Shown here one piece after another: positions 1 to 11,903 of a stretch of 64,000 nt of DNA. The stretch is taken from assembly GCA_963924565.1 (NCBI GenBank), contig OZ004612.1, positions 32,922,001 to 32,986,000 of the forward strand. The letters run 5' to 3'. Numbering within the stretch: position 1 is the stretch's first letter; every line of letters starts with the position of its first letter. The notes under the pieces were generated by a model, which saw nothing but the letters and a program-made list of their open reading frames with translations, was not told the origin of the DNA and did not search any database. Origin of the DNA: Ascidiella aspersa (lineage: Eukaryota). The position numbers were made by a program, and so were the translations under genes.

Positions 1-192
1 CACTTGCTGGTTTTTGTATAAAGCATGAAATACTCGATTACAATTCGACAGCATAAAACCATTATTGTAAATAAGTTTAACACTAAGTGGATCTCCCCAA
101 GCATTTGTTGCCCGGTTAAGAACCACTCGTTCAGATCATTTATAAACTCACATGATTAATATCAAGTTGTGTGAAACCGATGTTATTTGCAG

Positions 193-1505
193 TCCTGGTG
201 TCGGCTTCATGGATGACGACAGCGAGTTAGTGGACCATAACGACACCCATGTGCTTGATTTGGGTGAGTTGCTAGGCACGGTTGCTATGCAACACTAGAG
301 GGCACCAACCTCGCAGTTGTATGATTTCTATGAAACATTCTCGATTAATATTTACCGCCATATTTAACTCGCGCTAAATATCAACGACTCAATGGTTTGT
401 TAAGTTAATACGCTTGGGGTCAAAGGTCACCTCATCTGACCTGCGTGACACCACGAGGTCAAGGGTCAACTATTTATCGCCGCTTTAAATATTTGAAGCA
501 AATCTGTTGATTAACTTGACCCATGGCCATAAGGTATTTGTTAGAATCCTGTTTGTTCCGTCACAATCCGAGCACATTGTTGGTAAATCACTATACCATT
601 GTTACGTCATAATTACGTAATTGTTTACAGCACCTAGTCTCCGAACCCTCAGTGCATTGTGCGTCATCAAACACGGACTCGACCTTGCTTGGCTATCGCA
701 AGACGTAAGGTGAGCTATTGTGACGTAAGGTAAGCTTTGTGACGTATGGTAAGCTATTGTGACGTCACTAGGCATGTCAACATTGTCCCTCATAATTAGT
801 AAATAGATATGAGGTCACTAAAGGCCATATTTAGGACGTTAGCGTGGAAGTGAATGACCTGGGGACACAATGTGACGAAATATAGGGGTCATGAATGCAG
901 ACTGTGACGTACATCGGTGTTTTTATTACGTCAGTCGTTGAGCGAAAGCTAATTGTACTTTGTTGCACGATTAAGGCGAGGTATTTGTTAAAACTTTTGA
1001 AAGTGCAAATGTACAGCTTAAGTCATGCGTTTCGAAAAGTGTGGATGCTTATTGCATAGCTTTTGATTCCGGACACAATCCAACCCCTGCATACATTAAA
1101 TAACCCAAACAGAACCCAACTCCAAGTTGCACATTTGAAGTGGTTCCCTGCTTGGTTTGTGCGCTAGTCTGCATTAATTAACTCTCTAGGTCTAGGTCTG
1201 TGATTTTCAACCCGTGTTCTACGCAACATTTGTGTTCCCTATAAGATCGCGTTTCATTTTTATATAAGCCGTTATCAGTTTTCAATGTTCATGGAGATTT
1301 GCTCCGTGGCTCAAAAAAGGTTGAAAAGCACCGCGTTAACTCTCTAGAAGCCACCTGGCAGTTGTTATTAACCCCATGATTTTGTTTAAAACTTGGTGTA
1401 TTTTCTGCTTTCAATCGTTCATAATAAAACTTATTTGTTTTAAGGTGGGAAATTAAAATGATGACAACGCCAAACGTCATCAGCAAATCGCTGACTCACG
1501 GATGA
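193..1505 (+). CDS. KLHDC3: Kelch domain-containing protein 3, last three coding exons (193-263, 631-709, 1445-1505); 5' part lies outside the window
   Basis: Phase-consistent AG/GT exons translate to PGVGFMDDDSELVDHNDTHVLDL-APSLRTLSALCVIKHGLDLAWLSQDVR-WEIKMMTTPNVISKSLTHG*. This matches the KLHDC3 C-terminus as I recall it (DLIDHSDLHILDFSPSLKTLC...DIRWELNAMTT...HG, BC-box/Cul2-box). AATAAA at 2018-2023. Confidence 0.9.
703..768 (+). repeat. ~20-bp tandem repeat (about 3.5 copies) containing the KLHDC3 exon end and 5' splice site
   Basis: gacgtaag|gtgagctattgt, gacgtaaggtaagctttgt, gacgtatggtaagctattgt, gacgtcac. Confidence 0.85.
1198..1333. mobile_element. Degenerate hAT-like MITE
   Basis: Imperfect TIRs ctgtgattttcaacc / ggttgaaaagcaccg; no clean TSD. 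Confidence 0.4.
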
Positions 1506-1780
1506 ACAACTGACTCATGTTTTCTGCTTTTGTTTTTTTCTTGCACAATTTCAAGATATGCGAAACTATCTTAACAAGTTTATTGTTAAACACTGATTTG
1601 TTTATTGCAATTTAAAGTGTTTTATGTGTTTTACTGTGAAGGTGTGTGTCAGTATTTTAGTTTTTGTCGCGTTTGCCTTAGGTTTGCAAAATTAAAACTA
1701 AAAAAAAAATAAAAACTGTTTTTACCAAACAAACTGTAGCGACGGTTTCATGCAGTTGTTTAGTTTTGTGTCAAAATATT

Positions 1781-1806
1781 TGTTGTTGTTGTTGTTGTTG
1801 TTGTTG
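1781..1806. repeat. (GTT)n microsatellite in KLHDC3 3'UTR
   Basis: Perfect tgttgttgtt run. Confidence 0.9.
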
Positions 1807-2985
1807 TCCGCTGTATGGTGTTTTACAACGTTTTTTGTGAATTTTATCTGAAACTCGGTGCGATTTTATTTAATTTGTAAATCCTAAAAATTTTCCCAAA
1901 CACATGATTACACAGCTGCTGCTACGCATACACCCATCTGCGATTTAATGTCGTTTGTTCGGTACAGTTTAATCGTGTATAGCTTGGTGGTATTTTATTT
2001 TTCATTGAATTTGTTTCAATAAATTTATCATTCGTTCAGTTTTATAGTTATTGAGCTGATTTTCGAAATAATAAGTTTGTTTTGTGATGCATTTGGTGAA
2101 AACCGACATTGCAATGAGCAGGGCTGCGAAGTGGTTTTGACTTGACCCCAGTTTTAAAGCAAATTTCTCAAACTTTAAGCAGTTTTCCCAAATGTTTTTC
2201 GTAATCGATTGATTTTAATAATTTAACACTTTATCATTATTTAAGTTGAAAACACTTAAATTTTGATGACTCGTGTTACTTCCAAGTATTTCAAAATGAT
2301 TATTGACAGCATTATAAACCACACCCAGAGCGGCAATCCACTTTTTTGTTTATCCTGAAATCATAAAAGTTACTAAATGCTCGTCACTAATATGTCGCAA
2401 AATGTAGCAGCAGATTATATCTAAATGCAATATTGTAAGTTGTTGAGTATCGACAGGCTTGATTCTAAAATATCGGGTAAAGCGATCTTGTCTTCCGTAA
2501 TGTTCGGTAAGGTTGTGGTTGTGTTCTAACTTTTAGCAGAATCGATTAAATCATTGTAGTGTCGCTTTATATTTACAGCAATCTCCATCCTAGAACTTTA
2601 ATAAAATCAACCAACTGTAGGCTACGGGCTGTTCTAAACGTTCCTTCTTTATGACGTCATGTTTTGACGTGAATTTGTGACGTCATTTCCCCGAATAAAA
2701 GTCCTGGCCCATCAAACAAAACACTGGTTGCGATTTTGCGAAAATTAAAAGTGAACTTTATGCAAAATCCAAACTAAACATTGTTAAACTTTTATTGGTT
2801 CCTTGCTACCTAATATTTCACTATACAAATGTGAAATGCATTTATTTTTTACTTTAGTTGCAAATAAACACAACTGATGGCAGCACAGTTAACATTTGCC
2901 AAACACATTCCAGCTTATCGAACAGCATTGTTTTAACACCTTCACCTAATTACGAAATGTGTCGATGCTTGAGGCTGCTGTAGCC

Positions 2986-3032
2986 GTCACGTGACCTCAC
3001 GAGTAATCAGCGCGGATCGAAATTCCTTTTTC
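2986..3032 (+). promoter_or_regulatory. Candidate TCT/5'TOP-type start with upstream E-box
   Basis: GTCACGTGAC at about 2987-2996 and CCTTTTTC at 3025-3032, followed by a strong donor cag|gtaagt at 3119/3120. The pyrimidine run could instead be a trans-splice acceptor (ttcctttttcggcag). Confidence 0.45.
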
Positions 3033-3283
3033 GGCAGATTGAAGAAAGAAAAAGTAAAACGTGTCAGTGGTGGAATGCTGTCAAGGTGGAAAGGGTCATT
3101 CTTGCTCAACCGCTGTCAGGTAAGTTTGTGTTAATTTAGGTTATCAGCTAAAGCTATTTATAAGCTTTATAACTATTTACCAAACTGATAGCTTAACCCG
3201 ATAACACCATCAACTAAACGTGGTTTAAACGTAGGTTAACTTTATTAAATCAGTGTTTAATTTTTAAAGTCCATTAATCGGTA

Positions 3284-3384
3284 TCCAAGTGATGTTATTC
3301 GTCTTACAATGTTGGTTATTGCCAACAATCAAGTACCAGGGTTAGTTTTGTGATAATCCGCTATGGGCGCTTGTTTCTGAGGGA
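3284..3384 (+). ncRNA. Candidate box C/D snoRNA (family unassigned)
   Basis: C-like box GTGATGT 3289-3295, C'-like GTGATAA, D box CTGA 3377-3380, short terminal stem tcc/gga, about 100 nt, intronic. Confidence 0.5.
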
Positions 3385-3716
3385 CGCAAGCTGAATATTA
3401 TTTACTTGGCTGATATGTCAAAGAGGTCGCCGCTATTTGAGAAAGTTATTCGCCCGTATAATTGCTGTTTTACCTTGTTCTACGACTTGATAAATTATTA
3501 CTATAGCCGATCACCAACCGCTATAAAACCAAAGTATGCGAGTTTTTATTTTTTGCTGGCACTATCTTTTGCGAACGATTACAGTTTGTTGCTTTTTTGG
3601 CTTTTTGCGCGCAAAAGTGAACATTATTTAACAAAAGCATTCGCTTCCATTCGTTTTTTCACACACATGTTTTTCTTTACAATTTGACGTTAATAACCAC
3701 GGAATTCCCCCAAGTC

Positions 3717-3841
3717 CCCAGTCGACTTTTGTTTTACTTGTTTGCTGAAACTATTTTTCCTCTTTTTTCTCTTCTCTTAAGCAGAACCGCCCTTCGGTTT
3801 TGTTTGTGTGCTGTGATCGTAAAAGTCGACTGGGAACATTT
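3717..3841 (+). ncRNA. Long hairpin followed by an ACA box (H/ACA-like candidate)
   Basis: Perfect 14-bp stem cccagtcgactttt/aaaagtcgactggg, internal hairpin gcagaaccg/cggttttgt, ACA at 3836-3838. Confidence 0.4.
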
Positions 3842-4095
3842 TTAACAAACTCTCCTACTTTCGATTTTAACTTTATAATCGCTTATTGACGGTTTGTAAT
3901 TCGGCTCCTAACGATAAGGACGTGGACCCAGGATTTTTTTTGCGATATCAATTTTTTACATGACGTCACCGAGTTACGTACTAACGTACTAACGTGACGT
4001 CATAAATAACACCTTCACAGTTTGTTTATTCTGTTCAGAAAAGTCGCATTACGAATATGTTATTGATTCGCACAAAGCGAAAAACATCTGAAAAT

Positions 4096-4189
4096 CTAGT
4101 TGCCATAACTTTCATTCCCTATGTGGCGATAGAAAGTATAACGACGACCTTTGGCTGAAAGTATTTTATCAAAATGGCCCAAGACATGC
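4096..4189 (+). ncRNA. Compact H/ACA snoRNA candidate
   Basis: Hairpin, H box AAAGTA (4133-4138), second hairpin ctttggct/ggcccaag, ACA (4184-4186). Confidence 0.35.
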
Positions 4190-5304
4190 TTTTTTTACAT
4201 CGCTAGCAAACTTATAACATTCCATGGTTTCTAGTTCGTCTCTGTCCACCGCGGTATTGTGATAAATATTTAAACGTTTGTGTAGATCAGTGCCCCACGA
4301 CCGATGTGCCGCGAGACCATGCCAGGTGCGCCGCGATGTAAACACTGTTTTACTTGCGGTTACAAGGGAATAATTCCAAAAACGTATAGTTTAGGCGGCC
4401 GTTTTGATTGTTTTTAGGGAGTTTTCTGTTTGTATCAAGAGGGTTAAATGATGCTTGTAACTAATGCTTTTAGTTTCGTAGAGTATTACTGCAAAGACAA
4501 GTTTCATCTTTAGATCGAATATCACCTTTTTGCTATGTTTTTGAGGTTTGTTATTATTTTATCTTGTATGAGGTTTATAATGGTTGCGTTTTGATTATTG
4601 CTGGAACTAATTCAATGGTTTTGTTTTTCAGAAGGAACTCAATTGATCCCTTTGTATTTCGGTTTTGAAGGGGTTGTACTTTCAAGACACAATTTCTATT
4701 GCAAACATTGTGACATATCTGGTATTATTGTGTGACATAGACTTCCGTGTTTAAATTTATTGCTTAATTGGTTAAACAAAAATTTTTCTATTTTGTAGAA
4801 CTTAACATTCTTACTAACGATGCCGAAATCTAATTGAAAGGAATATTTATGGCAAATTAACCTTAGGATTCTTTTAAACTGGAATTTTAAATGTTCGACC
4901 TGGAAATTACGACACCCGCTAGGATAATGAGGTTTGAACAGTGCTGTAGTTATTTAAATGTGGTGGGTCAGGCCTACAATTTGACCAATGTTTTTAGTTT
5001 TGTAGATGATTACAGCAAAGACAAAATATGCATCTTAACAGCGAATATCAATACACTTGTCAAGTCGAGGTTATTATTTTATTTTGGTATTTTATCTCGT
5101 GAGGTTGTAAGTCGATTCCTTCTCCAAATCCAATTGCTCAGTACAATTAAATATATTGGAAATAAGCATTGCTTGCATTGCATATATTTTTTATCAGCGC
5201 CAATTTTATAAATCCTTCAAATTGTTTTTCTTATTGCAGGCTAACAACGATTGTAACACCAGCACAACTCACGATTATTTCGAGCAAGTTTGAAGTACCT
5301 AGGA

Positions 5305-6960
5305 TGGAAATTACGACCGAAGCTCAATATCGACCTTTAAAAAATGTTGTTTGTTTTATAAACGCAGCTTATTTATTGCAAGTAAATTATTTTCAATAAA
5401 ATATGTATAGGGTTTGTATAAATCTTGTTTGTTTAGTTACGTAATTTCACTCGACTTGCATGCCTTTGTGTGGTTTTTGTGTTTGATACTAACCTTTGCC
5501 ACATGACGTCACGTGAATGCGCTTTTTACGTAATTGTTGCTATTCATCATATAAAGATCGTGACGTCATTATTCGTGACGTTGTAAAGTTACATTTTACT
5601 AACTTGTAAATATATTGGAAACGTTAACCGAATATGTTGTTTGCTAGCCAACTATAGCTTTAAATATTGTTGTTTTTAAAGTTATTTTTGGTGGTAGCTT
5701 TGGCATAGATTTTAACCAATATTTTTTTCTTTGTAGATGATTACTGCAAAGATTAAAGATGCAACTTCGAAAAGAATATCACTCCACATTTTGTAATGTT
5801 TTTGAGGTTTGCTGTTTTAACTTAAGACGCGATAATATATTTGCGTTATAAAGAGGCTGTTCCCCTGGACACCAAAGTACCGGTAGTTCAAAGAAAGCTA
5901 TCCTGTCAAATAGGCTAGTTGTGCACCTCCGGAGGCTATTTACCCGGCTGACAATTATATAAATCGATTTAAAACAAATCATTGAAATTTTGCAAAACTC
6001 GTTAAATTAAATGTAATACTATCACCACCCAACCCATACGCTAACACTAACCAAAGAATACTCCTGTGTAAAGCGTAAAAAGATTCGGTCAAATGGCCAA
6101 TTCCGGACATACATTGCTTAAAAATTTAAATGTTATAAGCATTGTTTTGTTTTCCAGAAATAACTTAATGGATGTTGTTCCAGTTGTTCAAGTGCGACTG
6201 TATAAATGAAAAGAATCAAATTTATGGCAAGTAACCCGTATGATTGTTTCAACTAAAATTGCATATAGACACCTGGTTTTATTTATTAACTAAAACTAAA
6301 GGACACAATGTTTCCTGTTTTCGATGGTAGCCCAATCTGCGATAATATAAAGTTGAATAGATTAAATACAAGCTGATAATGATATTTACCTACTCTACTT
6401 GGCATCTTTGCTATTATAGTTGTATTTTGTGACCACCGAGTTTTGACGCTTCATCCTAGCTGGCCAATTTAGATATTCTTAGATAATGGGTTCATCTGCT
6501 AGTTTTTGACAAGCCCCCTTAAAAAATAAAATTGGAAATAAAATAATAGTCTCAAGAAGCATTTCTAGCCTAACGTTTTATTTCGTGGAGATTCACACCT
6601 GATCGACCTGGAAATTACCAATCGAGCTCGATATCGACCTTTAAAAATGTTGTTTGTTTTATAAACGCAATTATTTATTGCAATATTGTGAGTAAATTAT
6701 TTTCAATAAAATATCCAGCATTTATATAAATCTTGCTAAGTTACGTAATTTACTCGACTTGCATGCGTTTGTGTGGGTTTTCTGTTTGATACTAACCTTT
6801 GCACTATGACGTCACACACACACACCAACGCGCGAAACAGTTTGCAATCTTCCGTATGACGTCACGTGTGTTGTACCGCGCTTTTTACTTATTTGTTCGG
6901 ATATTTATCGTACAAAGCATTTGCCGTGGCGTCATTATTGGTGACATTGTTACTTGTGAC
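5305..6960 (+). repeat. Local segmental duplication (about 5305-5600 versus about 6609-6960)
   Basis: Shared ggaaattac...tatcgacctttaaaaatgttgtttgttttataaacgca...ctcgacttgcatgc...gtttgatactaacctttgc. Confidence 0.85.
5853..5956 (+). ncRNA. H/ACA snoRNA candidate
   Basis: Hairpin, H box AAAGAA (5890-5895), hairpin with aaatag/ctattt upper stem, ACA (5951-5953); relatively GC-rich island in an AT-rich intron. Confidence 0.4.
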
Positions 6961-8221
6961 GTTTGTGTCTATATTCGTGACGTTGTCATTTGTGTCGTCA
7001 TAATTTCTCTATCGTCATTGTAATAAAACAATCCCAACAATACTTGTAGGTTGTTCAGTTATAACAGTTAGTTATTTGCCGCTTCGGTTAATTGTTTTAA
7101 GATTGAGCTGCATTTTGTCTAATATTTGTACTTTTCAGATTCTGCTGCTGCACCTTCTACAACCATGCGTCATTTGTATTCACTGTTTTGTTTGATCGCA
7201 ATAAACTGGATTGTGTTGTGTTTCTTACATTTCCACCAACCGTCAACTAAAACCATTGTGGGAAAATAACTTTGCAAAATCCTCTACATTTTGCCTTTCG
7301 GGGAAAAAAAATCAAATTGACCAGTTTTTATTAACTTCTTGCCAAAAAAAGTAAACTCGGCCCAATTTGCGATAGCGTTAAGTTTTTTGTAAATATTTTT
7401 GATAAAATCACCTTTAAAAGTAGAAGTTGCATTAGATCGCAAATTGATTAACTTCCTTTATTATTTTGGTACGCACTAGTATCGGACGAGAACTTAGACG
7501 ATATTTTATTATCGGGCATTTTTTCGTTCCTCTATTAACCCTGTCAGAAAGCTCCTTTTCTTAACTTAGATTTAGTAAAAAGCCGCGCTAATTAAGTTTT
7601 GTGCTGCTCTTATTGCACGTTTGCGGCTCACCCCGATGTCAGAGGTGGCCAAACTTTTTCTTAAATTATCAGATTTTGTTGTTTGGTTTTTTTATTCTCT
7701 ACGCGATATGAATGATTTTTATTGTGTTGTAAGTCGTAAATAAATTGTAGATGGAATTAACACAAATTTAAAATAAAAAATAATTCAATTTTTTTTCCCA
7801 CGGAAACGAAACAAAAAGTAAAAGAGTTGAGTTTGTGGAATGTGCTTTTTTTGATTTATAATTATTTATTTTCCAACAGATATATATTTTGGTAACTGAA
7901 TTTTTTCACATTTCCAAGGTTCACATGTATTGTGATGGAAGTTTCCATATTCCATTTGTTTTCCATAGTTTCCAGTGATATCTGTGGGAAGAGAGAAGAA
8001 GGTTGTCCTGCCTGCCACGCCTAGATTCGAACCTGCACCTACCTAACCGCAATCCTAATCCCTAACCGCAACCCTAAGTCGACCGATGGAATCCAGCTCG
8101 TCAAAAACTAGTTATAACAACCCTTGGTTAGTACTGCATTACAGTATATATATATATATATCTATATAGGAACTTTTTTTAACTTTAATTCATATTTAAT
8201 TTTACGGCATTAAAGTGAAAC

Positions 8222-8490
8222 GGGCCCGCGGCGCGCCGGTTAAGAGTCGGACTCCGAGTCGGTAGGGTTCCGGATCAAATCCCGGTTGTCCTAGGGCCCC
8301 CGCAGGTCCCGCGCTCGACTGAGCAACTCACTGGGGCCCTCCGGGCCCCAAAAGCCTCCCCGACCACCCAGAACCCCCCCAACAGTGGAGCAGCAAGGGG
8401 CCCGAAGGGCCCCCACGCCATCCAGCCCCCCCAAGCGCAATAGCGGGGCCCGCAGGGCCCCAATCGGCAGGGAACCCGTAAGGGTTCCCG
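8222..8490 (+). mobile_element. tRNA-derived SINE-like head with GC-rich GGGCCC-containing body
   Basis: A-box-like ggcgcgccggtt, anticodon-arm-like stem, B-box-like ggatcaaatccc at tRNA spacing; sharp GC-rich insert in AT-rich DNA. Confidence 0.45.
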
Positions 8491-11400
8491 AACATACCTT
8501 TTGCTTAAAATTTCTAGTTTCCAATAAAAAACAAGTCTCCTTTTTAAATTATAAGTATTGATAACAAAGTATGAACTTTTTGTTTTATTGGCGCTAAATT
8601 ATAACACAACGAAATAAACACCACAAAGGCAACAATAGAAATAAAACACAACAAACAAAAATACCTCCGGACTTAAACAACTGAGCTTCTCACATTTTAG
8701 CACAAGAACCTCAAAGTCCCCCTCACGCAGTCGCTTTTGTTGTGCAGTTTATTGCGGCTGCTGGTAAAGCAAAGCTAGTCCCAACTGTATGAACGAATAC
8801 TTTTGAGACGTGTTGGTGTTGTATTAATTACATGCTTAGTTGTTATCCAGACTGTTCGAATTTTTTCTAGCAGTTTCGACTTGGTGTGGTTTAGTACGGT
8901 GGTTAATGTTCCTGGTTGAAATATACACTGGCTACTTTTGCGCTTACTAGACAAAGTCTTATATAGAATACTTGCTTTCATCAGGCCCACTATTAAAGAC
9001 CTAACCCCCCCCCTAACAATAAAACCTAGAACTTTCTATGTACTGGACTACACGAACGCAAATTACTTGCCTTCACTTTGCGCAGATAAATACTTTTAGG
9101 AATGCCCAGTATAACCATATCCAAGATGTCATTTTAGCACTGTTTACACGTTTTATATTTGAAGAAAAAATACTAAACACATTAAATTTCTACTCGCAAC
9201 TTCCTTTATTTTCGCCCAATATATTAATAACGTCGTTTTGTTTAAATAAGACGTCGAAACTTTTTGCGTAAAATACCGGTTACCGTGGTCGGAATGAATC
9301 GATATACTGGACATTCCTAGTAGGTATTACTCAGGGTGGCTACAGAATTGTAAATTTATCATATTCACTTAATATGAATAACTTAAAACAATAAAATTTT
9401 AAAAAGCAATAACTTCAAACACTGGAAATGCTATTATGTTAAGTAGGCCAATTTACAAAAAAGTTACTCTCATGAAGGACTGACAAAATGCATGGCAAAA
9501 AGTTGAAAAACAAGTCAGCATGTAAAATTAAATTCTTTTTTAAAGGGTGGTAGAAAAAACATTAGCAAACTTAAAAGAATTACACATTTCTAAATTAAGT
9601 TCAAGATTGTAGCCACCCTGGAGTTTGGTTGACAAATGGCAAATGGAAAATCAAGTTGAACAACACGCACACATGACAAGGTTGCTTTCTGCAACAACGA
9701 AACGAAAAACAAGTGACAATGTAAAACAACAACTAAGTTATTGCAGTTCAACGTGGCTGTCTTTATAAATGAAGTGTGCGAAGACATGAAGCTGAAAACA
9801 TCATTCCTGCGACTTCTATGAGAAAATGATTTTCCCTTTTGAAGGTTGTTTAATTGGAAAGCTGAAATGCACAAAAAAAAATAAAAAAATGTAAATCTTG
9901 TGTAATACTAAGAAGTTATAAATTAAGTGTATTTTAAATTACTTTACAAAGTTATTGTTAAACTATAAAGTACTGGTGGTTTGGTACAAGATTGTCAGCT
10001 TGTAAATCCACAATATTGTTTGCAAATTGTCACAGATCATGTCAAAAAGTTATGTCATTAAAGCAAGTAACTAGAATGAGTTTTGTATTGACTGTCGAAC
10101 TCGTGCTAAATTTGCAACCCAATTTCAAAACAAATTCGCACTACGTGCAAAATTTTTTTACGCATTTTGTTTTATTGCAAAACTGGGGGTTATAAATAAC
10201 GCATTGAGCACACAAAATAATTTGGAAATGCTTGTGTAGTCGTTGTTTTATTATTTGTTGACCCAATTCAATTCTGACAACATAAAACATTGACCCCCTA
10301 AAGAAACACGGAGATGTTATTTACATCCCGTTAACACACCTCTGCTAAAAGATTCTATGAACAAGATGTAATGTTATAAAGATACGTGGCAAAAACTGTT
10401 AAATGAAATACAACCTCATTCTTGCAATTTATATTTAAATTTAAAATACAGAAAAACATAAAACTTTCATTAGAGAATTTGACATTATGCACACAGCAAT
10501 TTTGGGCCAAATCACTTTAAACCGGGTTCAAAACACCTCAAGTTGAGCCTGTATTCCACCAACTTACGCAAATAAATACTGTAGATATCAAGCAATCTAC
10601 TCAATGAGTGTCAACTGTGTCAATTCATTCACTCACAAAACATGCTTGAAAATAATGACTATATGTTATTCCACCTTTACAATTGGCGGCCATGTCAGTT
10701 TAAAAAGTCGGACTAGGAACTCCGGTAGTTTTACATGGTCTTACCAGAGCCTGGTCCTTGTACCCCAGACATCAATTTAGACGAGTGCTACATTAATGGA
10801 AACCGATTAACATGAAAAGCAGTAAATTGTGAAGCAATATTTTGCTGTTTTTTTTATATTACTGCAGCTTTGGATAATTGGTGTTACACAATTAGAAAAA
10901 AATATTGGGAGTTACCTAATTTAATAATGCTTGGTGGGTCAGATGATGATGTATTGGCCACAGAGTCAGAATAACTGGTCTGATAACCAATTTATAAAAT
11001 AAACATTACACAGTTGATACAGAGTAATTAAATAGCAAACTATGTGACACATAATTTAGTTCTTGGCTCAATATTTCTAATTTAAATATTGCCTCAGATA
11101 AAACAATATTACAACCACCCCACAAGATGCTGGTGATTTAAATAATAAATAACATTGATATTTGTTGAAAAACATGTTTTAGGTAGAGTTTACATTTACC
11201 TTTGGAATAAGGGTGATAAACCTGACTGATGACTAGATTTCTTAAATTAACATCTTGGTACATTTCCGAAAAGATGTCGATTTTATAAAGTACCTGAAAA
11301 GACAAGTTTTATGTTTGTTTGATAAATTAAAAGTGAACTTTGGTGGAATGAATTGTGAAAGTTCTATTCTTTTAAACTTTAAAGCAAATACAAAAGGGAT

Positions 11401-11611
11401 TTTTTTGGTAATTTTAAACAAATAGTTCGGAATAATTCCCAGTTTTAAGTATAATAAGGTTCAGACTTTATGGATTGCTCTGCCTTACTTAACAACTGCA
11501 ACATGCCGAGATCATCTGTGATGAACATCGTCAGGTTGGAGAGCTTGGAGAGATCATCATTGGTTCAGCAACCTTTTATAAGTAAAGCGCCAAAATTACG
11601 ATGTGAAATAA

Positions 11612-11903
11612 CAGGTGTAGCCAACTTATGTTTGATTTCGATTAACTAAAATATTTTTAAAGGGTGGCGATCGACTGGTATAGTAAAATAGTCACAAGAA
11701 TTAAATATTTTGAGCATTATTTAATTCCAAGTCAGCGATGGTGGTTAATTCGTTATGTTAAATAATGCGATATTAGGCTTGTCCAGACAACAATTGGTCA
11801 TTTTAATGTTCTGCTTGTGTGCCACAGCTACTGTAATGACAGTTCACATATTTGACACAATAAATCAGGTGAAATGGGGCGATCGACATGTTGGCTACCA
11901 CTG
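11612..11903. mobile_element. hAT-like MITE
   Basis: TIRs caggtgtagccaac / gttggctaccactg, internal gcgatcgac repeats; TSD degenerate. Confidence 0.55.

Larger units (their letters stand above)
3025..7210 (+). ncRNA. Multi-exon long non-coding RNA, probable snoRNA host gene
   Basis: Short AG/GT-bounded exons (about 3026-3119, 4482-4545, 4632-~4672, 4799-~4850, 5006-5069, 5737-5806, 6158-~6226, terminal exon from 7139 with AATAAA at 7200-7205). The exons contain stops and no shared ORF; the introns contain structured segments. Confidence 0.55.

Noticed and set aside
3284-3384. Assignment to U22 or U16 snoRNA
   Set aside because: Only a gtcttac word and terminal similarity are shared, which is insufficient
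3190-3841. Telomerase RNA (H/ACA-like end, U-rich tracts)
   Set aside because: No CTAACCCT-type template or convincing pseudoknot on this strand
8041-8078. Telomere-like cctaac repeats
   Set aside because: Short and degenerate; more likely part of a dispersed repeat
10937-10988. ATGATGA...CTGA box C/D pair
   Set aside because: Only about 30 nt between the boxes, too short, and no supported host on that strand
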